Origin: an uncultured Verrucomicrobiae bacterium
GTDB lineage: Bacteria > Verrucomicrobiota > Verrucomicrobiia > Limisphaerales > JAFGQR01
Direction: 5' to 3'
NCBI GenBank assembly: GCA_963788655.1
Contig: CAWBHS010000007.1
Location: 1-64,000, forward strand
Length of the DNA: 64,000 bases
The position numbers were made by a program, and so were the translations under genes. Of the stretch, positions 1 to 8,922 are shown piece after piece. How positions within the stretch are numbered: position 1 is the stretch's first letter; every line of letters starts with the position of its first letter. The notes beneath the pieces are model-generated. The model did no database searches. It was given only the letters and a program-made list of their open reading frames with translations, and was not told the DNA's origin.

Positions 1-14
1 TACAGGAAGGGAAT

Positions 15-147
15 GCCGAACCAGCCGCTGCACACGAACCGCCGCCAGCCGATGCAGTTCGAACGGATATCGTGAGTATGAACACGAAACCTGAGAACGA
101 TACACCGGTTGACAGCGGCGGTCGGTGATCGTTCGGCGGCGTTGCAC
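15..147 (+). other. attC-like integron recombination site 1
   Basis: R'' GCCGAAC (15-21). L'' gcacacgaaccgccgc pairs with L' gcggcggtcggtga with two extra-helical bases. R' is either GTTCGGC (131-137) or GTTGCAC (141-147). An ORF starts directly downstream. Confidence 0.7.
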
Positions 148-158
148 GCATCACCAAG

Positions 159-689
159 TTGAAACATCACTCAATATCCAAACGCAGTTACATCCTCCTC
201 GGAACGATTGCTTTGAGTGCTTTCGGTGTGGCCCTGTATCTCGCACATGGCCGTGACCCGATCACGGTTGGATCCTTCGGTATTTCGACAGTCATTCCGG
301 GGCATTCCGCGTTTGGTCTCACCAACACGACTGCACGGCAGATTCAATTTCGTGTATCACGACCACAGTTTAAGTGCGACGGGGTTTGGTCTGAATTTTA
401 CGTGCCTGCCGAGTACATCTGGATGGAGCCAAGCCAGCCATTGGTGCCGATACCAGCAGGTACGATCGCAGCAAATGGATCCAGCATCGTGACCGTTGCC
501 AGGCCAAGGCACATATCACCGCTCACGCCAATGGCTGCTACTGCTTGGCGAGTCGGCGTGGTATGGAGCTACTCCTCACCCACCCCATTTCAGAAGTGCT
601 TTACTCAATTGCGCGAATTCATCACGGGACAGCGCACGATCCTCACCGAAGAGACGTACACCAATTTTTCGCCGGAGGTTTCATTTTGA
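159..689 (+). CDS. Gene-cassette hypothetical protein with N-terminal membrane anchor (176 aa)
   Basis: ORF fills the space between two attC sites; hydrophobic N-terminal segment ILLGTIALSAFGVALYL; lower GC than core genes. Confidence 0.7.
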   Translation: MKHHSISKRSYILLGTIALSAFGVALYLAHGRDPITVGSFGISTVIPGHSAFGLTNTTARQIQFRVSRPQFKCDGVWSEFYVPAEYIWMEPSQPLVPIPAGTIAANGSSIVTVARPRHISPLTPMAATAWRVGVVWSYSSPTPFQKCFTQLREFITGQRTILTEETYTNFSPEVSF

Positions 690-696
690 CAGTGCC

Positions 697-789
697 GCCG
701 AACAAGGCGGCTTCACTCGAACGCCGCGATTGCGCCGCGATTGCATTCGGGCGTCTTTGGCGCGGCGTCGGTGAGCCGCAGCGTTAGGC
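697..789 (+). other. attC integron recombination site 2
   Basis: GCCGAAC (697-703) ... GTTAGGC (783-789). tcacTcgaAcgccgcg pairs with cgcggcgtcggtga, leaving two extra-helical bases. Lies 7 bp after a stop codon and 11 bp before the next ATG. Confidence 0.88.
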
Positions 790-800
790 GCATTCACCGC

Positions 801-1172
801 ATGAGCACTCTCCAGCCATTCATGTTCTCGCTGCTTCTTGCGGTAGTCAGTTGCAGCACACCCTCGACAAAGCCACTCTCAGAGGCCGATCTGCGTCAGC
901 GAATCGCGCGAGTGCAGCTTGGCATGCCACGCTCTCAGGTCGCACTGCTTTTGCCGCCGTTTTGCGAGTCGCGCCAGGAATTCATCAATGATGGTCTCTC
1001 GCGACGACCGATCACCATTCTCGATGATGGTGGAGTCCCCTATCTGCACGGCAGTGCGCAGATGGAGGTTTACCGCGTATCGCCGAAGTGGCTGGTGAGC
1101 GTGCAATACGATTACTCCACACCAGAGCCGAAGGTTTCCGGCCCCGTCACACTTCGGAGGGCGTCAGAATGA
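801..1172 (+). CDS. Gene-cassette putative lipoprotein (123 aa)
   Basis: ATG at 801 just after attC2; lipobox-like LLLAVVSC; stop just before attC3. Confidence 0.72.
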   Translation: MSTLQPFMFSLLLAVVSCSTPSTKPLSEADLRQRIARVQLGMPRSQVALLLPPFCESRQEFINDGLSRRPITILDDGGVPYLHGSAQMEVYRVSPKWLVSVQYDYSTPEPKVSGPVTLRRASE

Positions 1173-1179
1173 AACCTGC

Positions 1180-1305
1180 ACCTAACAATCAGTACAGACA
1201 ACTGGCTTTATGCCGCTTTGGTTTGATGCCATTTATGAAACTTGAACCTTTAATTTTGAGTCGAAGCACCGGCTTCCGAGCCAGTGTCTGACTTCGGCGT
1301 TGGGC
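1180..1305 (+). other. attC integron recombination site 3
   Basis: ACCTAAC (1180-1186) ... GTTGGGC (1299-1305); cagacaactggct pairs with agccagtgtctg with an unpaired base. Confidence 0.82.
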
Positions 1306-1320
1306 GCATCTGCACGCACC

Positions 1321-1833
1321 GTGAAGACAATTCTCCTGGCTTTTGTTTGCCTTGGGTTTGTCGGATGCGAACCACGTACCGAAACCAGTTCCAGGAAGTA
1401 TTCCTCCCTGATCGCCGAGTGGACCCCAGCGGGACTCGTCTCTCATTTTCCTAATCTGCTCCCGACAACGGCATCCAACACCAAGCTCTCGGCTTTCCCC
1501 GGCTTTTTGCAGGGCGGCGCGTGGTTTCAGGTCAGGATCACTTTGCCAGCGGACGAAGTTTCCAAGGTCTATGACGAGGCTTCCAAGACTGCGAAGGATT
1601 TCTACGATGGGGGCGGCTTCTTTAAGTCCACCAACTCAAAGGACGGCGGAGTTCCCGGAACCAGCTTTCACACTTCAGACAACAATCAGCAGATAGAATT
1701 TCCAGCGGATTACAGAGTATTCGTGTTTGTCGCCCAGTCATACCGCAGCAACTCTTGGAACCACGGCAAATCGAGCGGAGTAGTCATCAGCAAGCAACGC
1801 CATGAAGTCATTTATTACGCCGAGAACTGGTAA
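1321..1833 (+). CDS. Gene-cassette putative lipoprotein (170 aa)
   Basis: GTG at 1321 after attC3; signal MKTILLAFVCLGFVGC; open to TAA at 1833. Confidence 0.75.
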   Translation: MKTILLAFVCLGFVGCEPRTETSSRKYSSLIAEWTPAGLVSHFPNLLPTTASNTKLSAFPGFLQGGAWFQVRITLPADEVSKVYDEASKTAKDFYDGGGFFKSTNSKDGGVPGTSFHTSDNNQQIEFPADYRVFVFVAQSYRSNSWNHGKSSGVVISKQRHEVIYYAENW

Positions 1834-1954
1834 TAGTGAAACGTCAAACTGTTGCCCGACGAAGCGGCCCGGGTGGCTCCGGGTGGATCGCTGGTTGGGT
1901 GAGTGCGGCCTCCAACGGGACGACGCGGCAGGGCGGCGCCGGTTTGCAGCCGCG

Positions 1955-2143
1955 CGGGAGCGAAGCGGACCTGAAGCAACGGCGCAAGACGGATGCGGCG
2001 AAGGTGCAAATCGCGGTGCGGCGGCGGCGGGAGACGGTGCCGACCTTGGATTGGGTTGCGCAAGGCTTGTAGATGGGTAGCCGCCACCCCTTGGCGAATT
2101 GCGTGAAGGCGACCAGAAATCACCAATTGCCGGGACTGACTCC
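1955..2143 (+). pseudogene. Degraded C-terminal remnant of a REP-associated (RAYT-like, Y1) transposase
   Basis: Translates as EADLKQRRKTDAAKVQIAVRRRRETVPTLDWVAQGL*MGSRHPLANC with an internal stop. This resembles, from memory, the C-terminal HTH tail of RAYT-like proteins. Followed by GGGACTGACTCC and a REP pair. Confidence 0.5.
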
Positions 2144-2170
2144 TATCATTACAGCTACACTTTCACCGAT

Positions 2171-2261
2171 AGGCGCGCGGCCTTTAGGCCGCTTCAAGCA
2201 CCCAAGGCCAACCAGCGGCTTGGGGGATAGGACGGTGAAGCGGCGGAAACGCCGCGCTCCT
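2171..2261. repeat. Inverted REP doublet (GGAGCGCGGC type)
   Basis: aggcgcgcggcctttaggccgcttca (2171-2196) and tgaagcggcggaaacgccgcgctcct (2236-2261) are near reverse complements, and each is itself a hairpin. Confidence 0.75.
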
Positions 2262-2319
2262 GCCGCGATTTGCCGGAACTGTCGCTGTAGTGCTATGCCG
2301 AAGTAATCTGACGGCCAAT

Positions 2320-2348
2320 AAAAAAGCGGGCCCGAAACTCGGGCCCGC
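2320..2348 (-). terminator. Rho-independent terminator of pnp
   Basis: 10-bp perfect stem gcgggcccga-aac-tcgggcccgc followed on the minus strand by T6; 18 bp after the pnp stop. Confidence 0.9.
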
Positions 2349-2366
2349 CACGCAATTAGGAAAGAA

Positions 2367-4507
2367 TCAGTCCTTCGTTTCGGCAGCCATTTCCTTGTCG
2401 CGCTCCGCCATGGCGGCTTTGCGCGAGAGGCGAACGCGGCCTTTCTCGTCCACGCCCAGGCACTTCACCCAGACTTCGTCGCCGATCTTAACAATGTCTT
2501 CGGTCTTCTTGACACGGAAGTTGGCCAATTCACTGATGTGACACAAGCCGTCTTTGCCGGGCAGGAACTCAATGAAGGCCCCAAATTCTTTGATCGTGAC
2601 GACCTTGCCACGGTAGATCTTGCCTTCCTCTGCCTCGGCCGTCATGCCCGAGATGGCTTCGCGGGCGATCTTCATGCCATCGCCCGACACCGAGTAGATG
2701 TTGACCGTGCCATCATCCTCGATGTTGATTTCGCACCCGGACTCTTCGACGATCTTCTTGATGTTCTTGCCGCCGGGGCCGATCAGCGCGCCGATTTTCT
2801 CGGGGTTGATCTTGATGGTTTCAATCCGCGGCGCGTATTTGCTGAGTTCCTTGCGCGGGGTGGCCAGCGTCTTGGCCATTTCGTCGAGCACGCCCAAGCG
2901 GGCTACGCGCGCTTTTTCCAACGCTTCCTTCATGACGGCTTGCGGCAGGCCGCGCAGTTTGAGGTCGAGTTGGAAGCCGGTAATGCCCTGGACCGTGCCG
3001 GCAATTTTGCAATCCATGTCGCAGAAGGCGTCTTCCCAGCCGAGGATGTCGGTGAGCAATTGGTAGCGTTTGCAAGGTTTTCTGCTCGTCGAATTCCGTG
3101 CAGATGCCGATGCTGATGCCCCCGACGGGGCGGATGATTGGGACCCCGGCATCCATCAGCGCGAGGCTGCCGCCGCAGACCGTCGCCATGGAACTCGAAC
3201 CGTTGGATTCCAGGATCTCGCTGGTGACGCGGATGGCGTACGGATAACCCTCCAGCGGAAGCATTGGTTCGAGGGAACGTTCGGCCAGCGCGCCATGCCC
3301 GATTTCGCGGCGGCCCGGTCCGCTGATGCGGCCGGTTTCGCCCACGGAGAAATTGGGGAAGTTGTAATGCAGGATGAATTTTTTTTCCGTATCTCCCCCG
3401 GTGTAGGCATCGAATTCCTGCGAATCCTCGGTCGTGCCCAAGGTGGTCAGGGTCAGGGCCTGGGTTTCGCCTCGAGTAAAGAGGGCTGAACCGTGCGCGC
3501 GCGGGCACAAGCTCACTTCGCTGGAAATGGGCCGGAGATCATCAAAGCCGCGGCCGTCCAACCGTTTGTTGTCGTTCAGAATCAGGCCGCGCACTGCTTC
3601 CTTCTGGATGTAATAGAAGGCGTCGTTAATGACGAAGTCGGTGATTTTTTCCGCGCCGTGTTTTTCCAGGAGCTTGGCGCCCACTTCGTCTTGAATGGCC
3701 TTGCAAGCGGCTTCGCGGGCCATTTTGCCCGGCGTGAGCAACGCGGGAATCATCCGGTCGCCCGCCAGGGCTTTGGCTTCCTGCGAGGATGTCGTCCGGG
3801 ACGATGTTCAGCGTAATTTCCCGTTTGGGTTTTCCGACCTTGGCCGCCAGTTCTTTCTGTGCGGCAATGAGCGGCTGGCAGCATTCGTGACCAAATTCCA
3901 GCGCGGCGCTGAAATCGGCCTCGCTGATTTCTTTGGCGGAACCTTCAAACATCACTACGTCCGTAGTGTTCCCGACGTAAATGAGGTCCAGATCGCTTTT
4001 TTGGCGTTCGGAGTGGGCGGGGTTGGCGATGAACTTGCCGTCCACCCGGGCCACGCGCACTGCGCCCAAGGGACCATCCCAGGGAATATCGCTAATCATG
4101 AGCGCCGTGGAGGCGCCAATGATACTCAGGATGTCCGGGTCGTTTTCTCCGTCGGCGCTGAGCAGAATACTTTGAACTTGCACCTCGTTATACCAACCTT
4201 TGGGGAAGAGCGGCCGGATGGGCCGGTCGGTGAGCCGGCAGGTGAGGATTTCTTTTTCGGTCGGTCGGCCTTCACGCTTGAAATAGCCGCCGGGGAATTT
4301 GCCCACGGCGGCGGCTTTTTCGCGGTAGTCCACCGTAAGCGGAAAGAAGGATTGGCCTTCCTTGGCCCGCGTGGCCGCCACGGCGGCGACAAGGACGATG
4401 GTTTCTCCGAGTTGGACGGTGACGGAACCGTCGGCTTGCTTGGCTAATTTACCGGTTTCAATGTTGATTTGTTTGTCGCCGGTCTGGGCGGTGATTTTTT
4501 CTGGCAT
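2367..4507 (-). CDS. pnp: Polyribonucleotide nucleotidyltransferase (PNPase); two +1 frameshifts near 3784 and 3072, probably assembly errors
   Basis: [17 protein letters not shown] and ESNGSSSMA motifs, plus KH (IGPGGKNIK) and S1 domains, spread over three overlapping ORFs; downstream of rpsO. Confidence 0.97.
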
Positions 4508-4516
4508 AGTTTTGAA

Positions 4517-4596
4517 GCGCCCACAGGCCCAGAGGAACTTCATTGAACTGCCGGGGCGGCGGAAGCTCAGTGAAATTTCCCAGTGCCCGTGGGCGT
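4517..4596 (-). promoter_or_regulatory. Long stem-loop in the pnp 5' leader (candidate RNase III / autoregulatory site)
   Basis: On the mRNA strand cgcccacgggc pairs with gcctgtgggcg and ggaaatttcactgagct pairs with agttcaatgaagttcc (with G-U pairs); ends 9 nt before the pnp ATG. Confidence 0.6.
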
Positions 4597-4782
4597 AGAT
4601 TAGGTGCGCGAACGTTCATGTTATTTCCGCCCAACCACTCGCGCGGCTTGGCTGGTTGGAAAAGGTTACGTCAGGGAAATCCCCGGCGGTTGCTCCAATT
4701 GTGGTGAGGGCCATCACATCCATGGCTTCCAATGACGAAACAACGCGGACCACGCCGCGTCCTCGTCTGACGGCCATAGAAG

Positions 4783-5061
4783 CTACTTGCGCAATTTCAG
4801 TTTCTTGGTAATCGCGTGATAGCGATTCGTATCGGTGGTGTGCAAATAATCCAAAAGTCGTCGTCGCTGCCCCACCATCATCAACAATCCCCGGCGGGAA
4901 CCGTGGTCTTTCTTGTTTTGCTGAAGGTGTCCGGTCAGCTTGTTAATGCGGTCGGTTAGCAGCGCGATTTGCACGTCCGCCGACCCCGTGTCCTTTTCGT
5001 GCAGGCGAAAATCAGCGACTATCTTCGTCTTTACTTCCGTCTTCTCTTGCGTCTTATTCAT
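4783..5061 (-). CDS. rpsO: 30S ribosomal protein S15
   Basis: [36 protein letters not shown] signature. Confidence 0.99.
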   Translation of the reverse strand: MNKTQEKTEVKTKIVADFRLHEKDTGSADVQIALLTDRINKLTGHLQQNKKDHGSRRGLLMMVGQRRRLLDYLHTTDTNRYHAITKKLKLRK

Positions 5062-5076
5062 TTCTAAAAGCTAAGG

Positions 5077-5105
5077 AGAATAAGGACTGCCGTTGATGAT
5101 GTAAA
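5077..5105 (-). promoter_or_regulatory. Putative sigma70 promoter of rpsO-pnp
   Basis: Minus strand TTTACA-17 bp-TATTCT, 15 nt before the ATG. Confidence 0.55.
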
Positions 5106-5267
5106 GGAATTTTCCTGTTTTCCCGAGGAACGGACGTCAGGACATTGCCGGAGAGATTACGAGTTAAGTCATGAGTGCCTGGCAAACGGCGATTCCACTC
5201 ATTACGTCTATCCTTTGGTTGATGGAAGTCATTGCCGGGAAGCTATTTGAATTAGGATCGCCGTTGA

Positions 5268-6371
5268 CTAGGGATCGGAACCTGGCGTTGCCGCCAGCGA
5301 GCTGCCGTTTTGCCTGGCTACGGAGATTGGGGCGGAACCTGCATCCGGAACCGGTAGCCGCAAGCGGGCCCAAACGCAGCTACCGCGGCGAAAGGCAAAG
5401 TGAGTTTGGCCCAGTTGCTGCGAGAGCGCGCGTACCAACCGCAAGCCGATCCCCAGGCTCGGGGGCGTCGGTGCGGAGCGTTCCGCCGCGCGGTTGCCGA
5501 CTAGAATGGCCACGCCGTGCGAACGAACCCGCACGCGAACCAAAATGTCGCCAATGCCGTGTTTGAGTGCGTTGGTTAACAGGTTGAAAAGAATTTGTTT
5601 CAACGCCGGACGGTCGGTCCAGACCAGCACCGCTTCTGGGCAGGACCATAACAACCGGCGATTTTCAGCGGCGGCCAGCCGGCTGAATGGTTCGACCGTG
5701 TCCTCCAGTAATTCGCGGAGGGCAGCGGTTTCGGGGTGGATTTCGAGGCGACCTTGTTCCGCGCGGGCGATCATCAGGGCCGTTTCCACGTAGCTGGAGA
5801 GCCGGGCCAATTCTTCCTGCAACATCTCGGCCAGCTCGGGCTTCATGGAAACGGCGTTGGCTTCGATTTGCAGGCGCATCAGTTGTAGCGGCGTTCGCAA
5901 TTCGTGCGCGACCTGCGAAGTGTATTCGCGCAAGTGGGTAAAAGACGTTTCCAGCCGCCCGAGCAATTCGTTCAAGTGCCGGACCAGTTCGCCAATTTCC
6001 GGGTCAGCGTCCGGCACTTTTACGCCGTGGGTAAGCGTCGAGGGGCCCAATTGGGCCAATTGCCGGTTGACTTCGCGAACGGGGCGCATGGATTGGCGTG
6101 CCAGGAAGTAAGCCAGGAGCAACGCCAATCCCACCAGCGGCACCCCTACACTCAACCAGAATTCCACCAACTCCGTCAGAATGTCGCGAACCTCGATGTC
6201 CGTGAAGCTGCCGTGCAATACCCAGTCCGGGTGCGCCGGGTGAGTCCGCTCCCACTTTTCCTGGCGTAATTCATAGTCCAGATGCCACAGCCCGGAAACC
6301 ACCAAGCCGGCCACCACGACCAGGAGGCTGACCGCGAACCAGAGGGTCAAACGCCAACGGAGTGACTTCAT
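5268..6371 (-). CDS. Membrane sensor histidine kinase (HAMP-HisKA-HATPase)
   Basis: Two TM segments, HAMP, H-box AHELRTPL, N-box NLLTNALKH, G2-like LGIGL; overlaps the response regulator stop. Confidence 0.92.
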   Translation of the reverse strand: MKSLRWRLTLWFAVSLLVVVAGLVVSGLWHLDYELRQEKWERTHPAHPDWVLHGSFTDIEVRDILTELVEFWLSVGVPLVGLALLLAYFLARQSMRPVREVNRQLAQLGPSTLTHGVKVPDADPEIGELVRHLNELLGRLETSFTHLREYTSQVAHELRTPLQLMRLQIEANAVSMKPELAEMLQEELARLSSYVETALMIARAEQGRLEIHPETAALRELLEDTVEPFSRLAAAENRRLLWSCPEAVLVWTDRPALKQILFNLLTNALKHGIGDILVRVRVRSHGVAILVGNRAAERSAPTPPSLGIGLRLVRALSQQLGQTHFAFRRGSCVWARLRLPVPDAGSAPISVARQNGSSLAATPGSDP

Positions 6372-7048
6372 GGCGAGGTTGGGGGAACCAGTGCGAAACC
6401 CACGCCGCGCACCGTGCGGATGAGCGAGGGCTCACCCGGTCGGTCGAGTTTGGACCGCAGGTAATTGATATACACGTTTACCACGTTTGTGCCCCCATCG
6501 AAGTGCTGATCCCACACCCGCTCGACAATGGCGGTTTTGGAAACCGTTCGGGGTGAAGCCTGAGCTAGAAACTCGAGGAGAGCAAATTCCCGGTTGGTCA
6601 ACTCAATGGGGCGCTGGCCGCGCCGGACGTCGCGGGATACCAGATCCAATTCCAGATCGCCCACCCGCAGGGTATGGTTGATCTCACCCCGGCTTCGCCG
6701 CCCCAGCGCACGCAGGCGGGCAAGCAGTTCGTCCAACGAAAAGGGTTTGACGAGATAATCATCCGCGCCGGCGTCCAGCCCCGCCACGCGATCTTGCACC
6801 TCGGCGCGTGCAGTAACCAAAATGATGGGCACCGCTACACCCCGCCGCCGCAAACCACGCACAAGCGTGATGCCGTCGATTTGGGGCATCATAATGTCCA
6901 GCACCAGCGCCTCGTAGGAGCCATTCTCGATGGCCCAGCGCGCTTCGGCACCGTCCTGAGCGCAATCCACCACGTGACCGGCCTCTCGGAGACCAGCCGC
7001 CAAGTGACGCAACAGCTTAGGATCGTCTTCCGCCAGGAGAAGTTTCAT
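6368..7048 (-). CDS. OmpR/CusR-family response regulator
   Basis: MKLLLAEDD, LDIMMP, GLDAGADDYLVKPF, winged helix NVVNVYINYLRSKL, IRTVRGVGF. Confidence 0.96.
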   Translation of the reverse strand: MKLLLAEDDPKLLRHLAAGLREAGHVVDCAQDGAEARWAIENGSYEALVLDIMMPQIDGITLVRGLRRRGVAVPIILVTARAEVQDRVAGLDAGADDYLVKPFSLDELLARLRALGRRSRGEINHTLRVGDLELDLVSRDVRRGQRPIELTNREFALLEFLAQASPRTVSKTAIVERVWDQHFDGGTNVVNVYINYLRSKLDRPGEPSLIRTVRGVGFALVPPTSP

Positions 7049-7118
7049 CTCGAATCGCGTTGTTTCCGCGGACGCGAGGTTAGCTTCTTCTCCCGGCGGA
7101 ATGAACAAGAAACGCAAT

Positions 7119-7649
7119 TTAATCCCGGTCGGGCTCCTCGCCGCCGGTCCCAGCCGTCAGGATACTGCCGCCGGCATCCACCGTTGACTCCGGAGGCGCG
7201 ATCGACACGCCGGCACCGTGTTTGAAGACCAGCGCTCCGCCGCGGTGGCCGGTTTCATACACGGCGTAACTGGCCACCCCGGCCCCGAGGGCGGTGGCCA
7301 CGGCCACCGCCCGCGCGGCGCGAGGGAAACGCCAGAGCAGGGCCGAACCCACCGCCGCCATGGCCGCTATGGCGGCGGCGATGAGCGTGCGTTCGGCCCA
7401 GGTTTCGTGAGCCTCCACGAGCGACTCCATTGGCGGCGTGACCTCCTCCAGCAAGCCGCCATCCGAACGTCCGGAACTGATTGCCATCCAGGCGCCCACT
7501 GCTCCCAGGCCTAACAGTAGGGCAGCAAACGCCGGAACGTATCCTTTGCGCCAGAACACGGCGACGACGGCCGCTACGCTGCCAAGGGTGATCAATACGA
7601 CCGGGAAATGCACGATGGCCGGATGCAGAGGATCAGGAAGTAGGTTCAT
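7119..7649 (-). CDS. DUF2231-like membrane protein
   Basis: PLHPAIVHFP N-terminus, four TM helices, GHRGGALVFKHG C-terminal motif. Confidence 0.8.
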   Translation of the reverse strand: MNLLPDPLHPAIVHFPVVLITLGSVAAVVAVFWRKGYVPAFAALLLGLGAVGAWMAISSGRSDGGLLEEVTPPMESLVEAHETWAERTLIAAAIAAMAAVGSALLWRFPRAARAVAVATALGAGVASYAVYETGHRGGALVFKHGAGVSIAPPESTVDAGGSILTAGTGGEEPDRD

Positions 7650-7691
7650 GATGGTCAGTTCCCAGGTTGTCGTGGTCGTGTCGCCCGCACC

Positions 7692-8297
7692 TTACATGAT
7701 GCGCTCGTAATTGCTCACCGGTTCGCGACAACTCGGGCAGCTCTTGTTGGGCAGCTTGGTGGTGGTGTAACCGCACACTTTGCAGACGTAAAGGGGCAGA
7801 TCGGCATTTTTGCCCAAGTTGTCGAGGGCGGCCTGATATAGCTTGGCGTGCTCGGCTTCCGCTTTTTGCGCATACAGCAAGGTGCGCGTCGCCGCCCGCG
7901 CGCCGTCCTTTTTGGCCTGGGCCAGGAACTGGGGATACATTGTGTCGCGCTCATAAGTTTCCCCCTTGATGGCCGCCTGCAGGTTTTCGGCGATGCTGCC
8001 CAGCTTGACCTCATCGAGTTGGAAGTCCTTGACCGTGCCACCCAACTCGAGAATTGCCTTTTTGTGATTGTCTCGATGGATGGCTTCCGCCCGGGCCGCA
8101 GCCTTGAAAAGCCGGGCCACGTAGGTATTGCCCTCGCTCTCGGCCTTCTTGGCAAAGGCGGTGTAGCGATGGGCGGCATTGCTTTCGCCCTGGAAGGCAG
8201 TGTTGAGGTTGGCCAGCGTCTGCGGTGAGACTTTGGCTTGCACCGGAGTAACCGCCGCGAGCACGGCGCCGATCAAAATAACGATGTATTTTTTCAT
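7692..8297 (-). CDS. Rubrerythrin family protein with N-terminal signal peptide
   Basis: AFQGESNA, EAIH, GETYE and EAEH di-iron motifs; C-terminal CKVCG..CPSC rubredoxin-like site; signal MKKYIVILIGAVLAAVTPVQA. Confidence 0.9.
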   Translation of the reverse strand: MKKYIVILIGAVLAAVTPVQAKVSPQTLANLNTAFQGESNAAHRYTAFAKKAESEGNTYVARLFKAAARAEAIHRDNHKKAILELGGTVKDFQLDEVKLGSIAENLQAAIKGETYERDTMYPQFLAQAKKDGARAATRTLLYAQKAEAEHAKLYQAALDNLGKNADLPLYVCKVCGYTTTKLPNKSCPSCREPVSNYERIM

Positions 8298-8344
8298 ATC
8301 GCGCTCAGCATGGCACAACCCCGATTGGAAATACGTTAAGCCAA

Positions 8345-8362
8345 GATTAGAATATTCTAATC
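8345..8362. promoter_or_regulatory. Perfect 18-bp AT-rich palindrome, candidate operator
   Basis: GATTAGAATATTCTAATC is its own reverse complement; 47 bp upstream of the rubrerythrin ATG. Confidence 0.6.
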
Positions 8363-8559
8363 CCCGGAGTCATGTCTTCCGGAGTATTTCGAAGCTTATT
8401 CCTCCTTCGGCAATGGCCGGCCATACCGGGTTTCAAGCGCACACAGAATCAAGTAGCGACCTGCGTAAGCCGATAAGACCGATGTCGGTATGTGGAATGC
8501 AAGCCCCTCCGCTTGGCGAGCCGATCTCGCTCGGAGCCGTGTCCACTACTGACAGAACT

Positions 8560-8874
8560 ATGAACAGCAGGCTTTTTGTCCGGCCGAATTTGAAGTTGTT
8601 CCTCGTGGGAGCAATGCTGCTGCTATTCGTCGTGCAATGGATCAGCAACGGGCATTCGCAATCGCCCCAGGTGCTCGCGCCCATCCCGGTGTATGCCCGA
8701 GGCGATGCCAAGGCTGAGAAGCACCATCTCTTCGAACAGGCGGCGCAGTATCCCAGCGCCTACGCCTACACGCAACTCTGCCTGTTCTATGAACGGCAGG
8801 GCGAATACCGCAAAGCACTGTTCTGCTTGCGCACAGCCGAAACGCTGGCCAAATTCGAGGAGATCGGGGATTAG
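8560..8874 (+). CDS. Small membrane-anchored protein with TPR-like helix pair
   Basis: Hydrophobic LFLVGAMLLLFVVQW, then AYTQLCLFYERQGEYRKALFCL. Confidence 0.55.
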   Translation: MNSRLFVRPNLKLFLVGAMLLLFVVQWISNGHSQSPQVLAPIPVYARGDAKAEKHHLFEQAAQYPSAYAYTQLCLFYERQGEYRKALFCLRTAETLAKFEEIGD

Positions 8875-8922
8875 GCAAATTCGAAGGCCGAAGTCTGAAA
8901 ACCGAAAGAAGCCCGATCCAGC

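Noticed and set aside
2367..4507. Programmed frameshifting or true pseudogenisation of pnp (likewise glmM)
   Set aside because: No slippery heptamers or decay; the same insertion-biased pattern occurs across unrelated genes.
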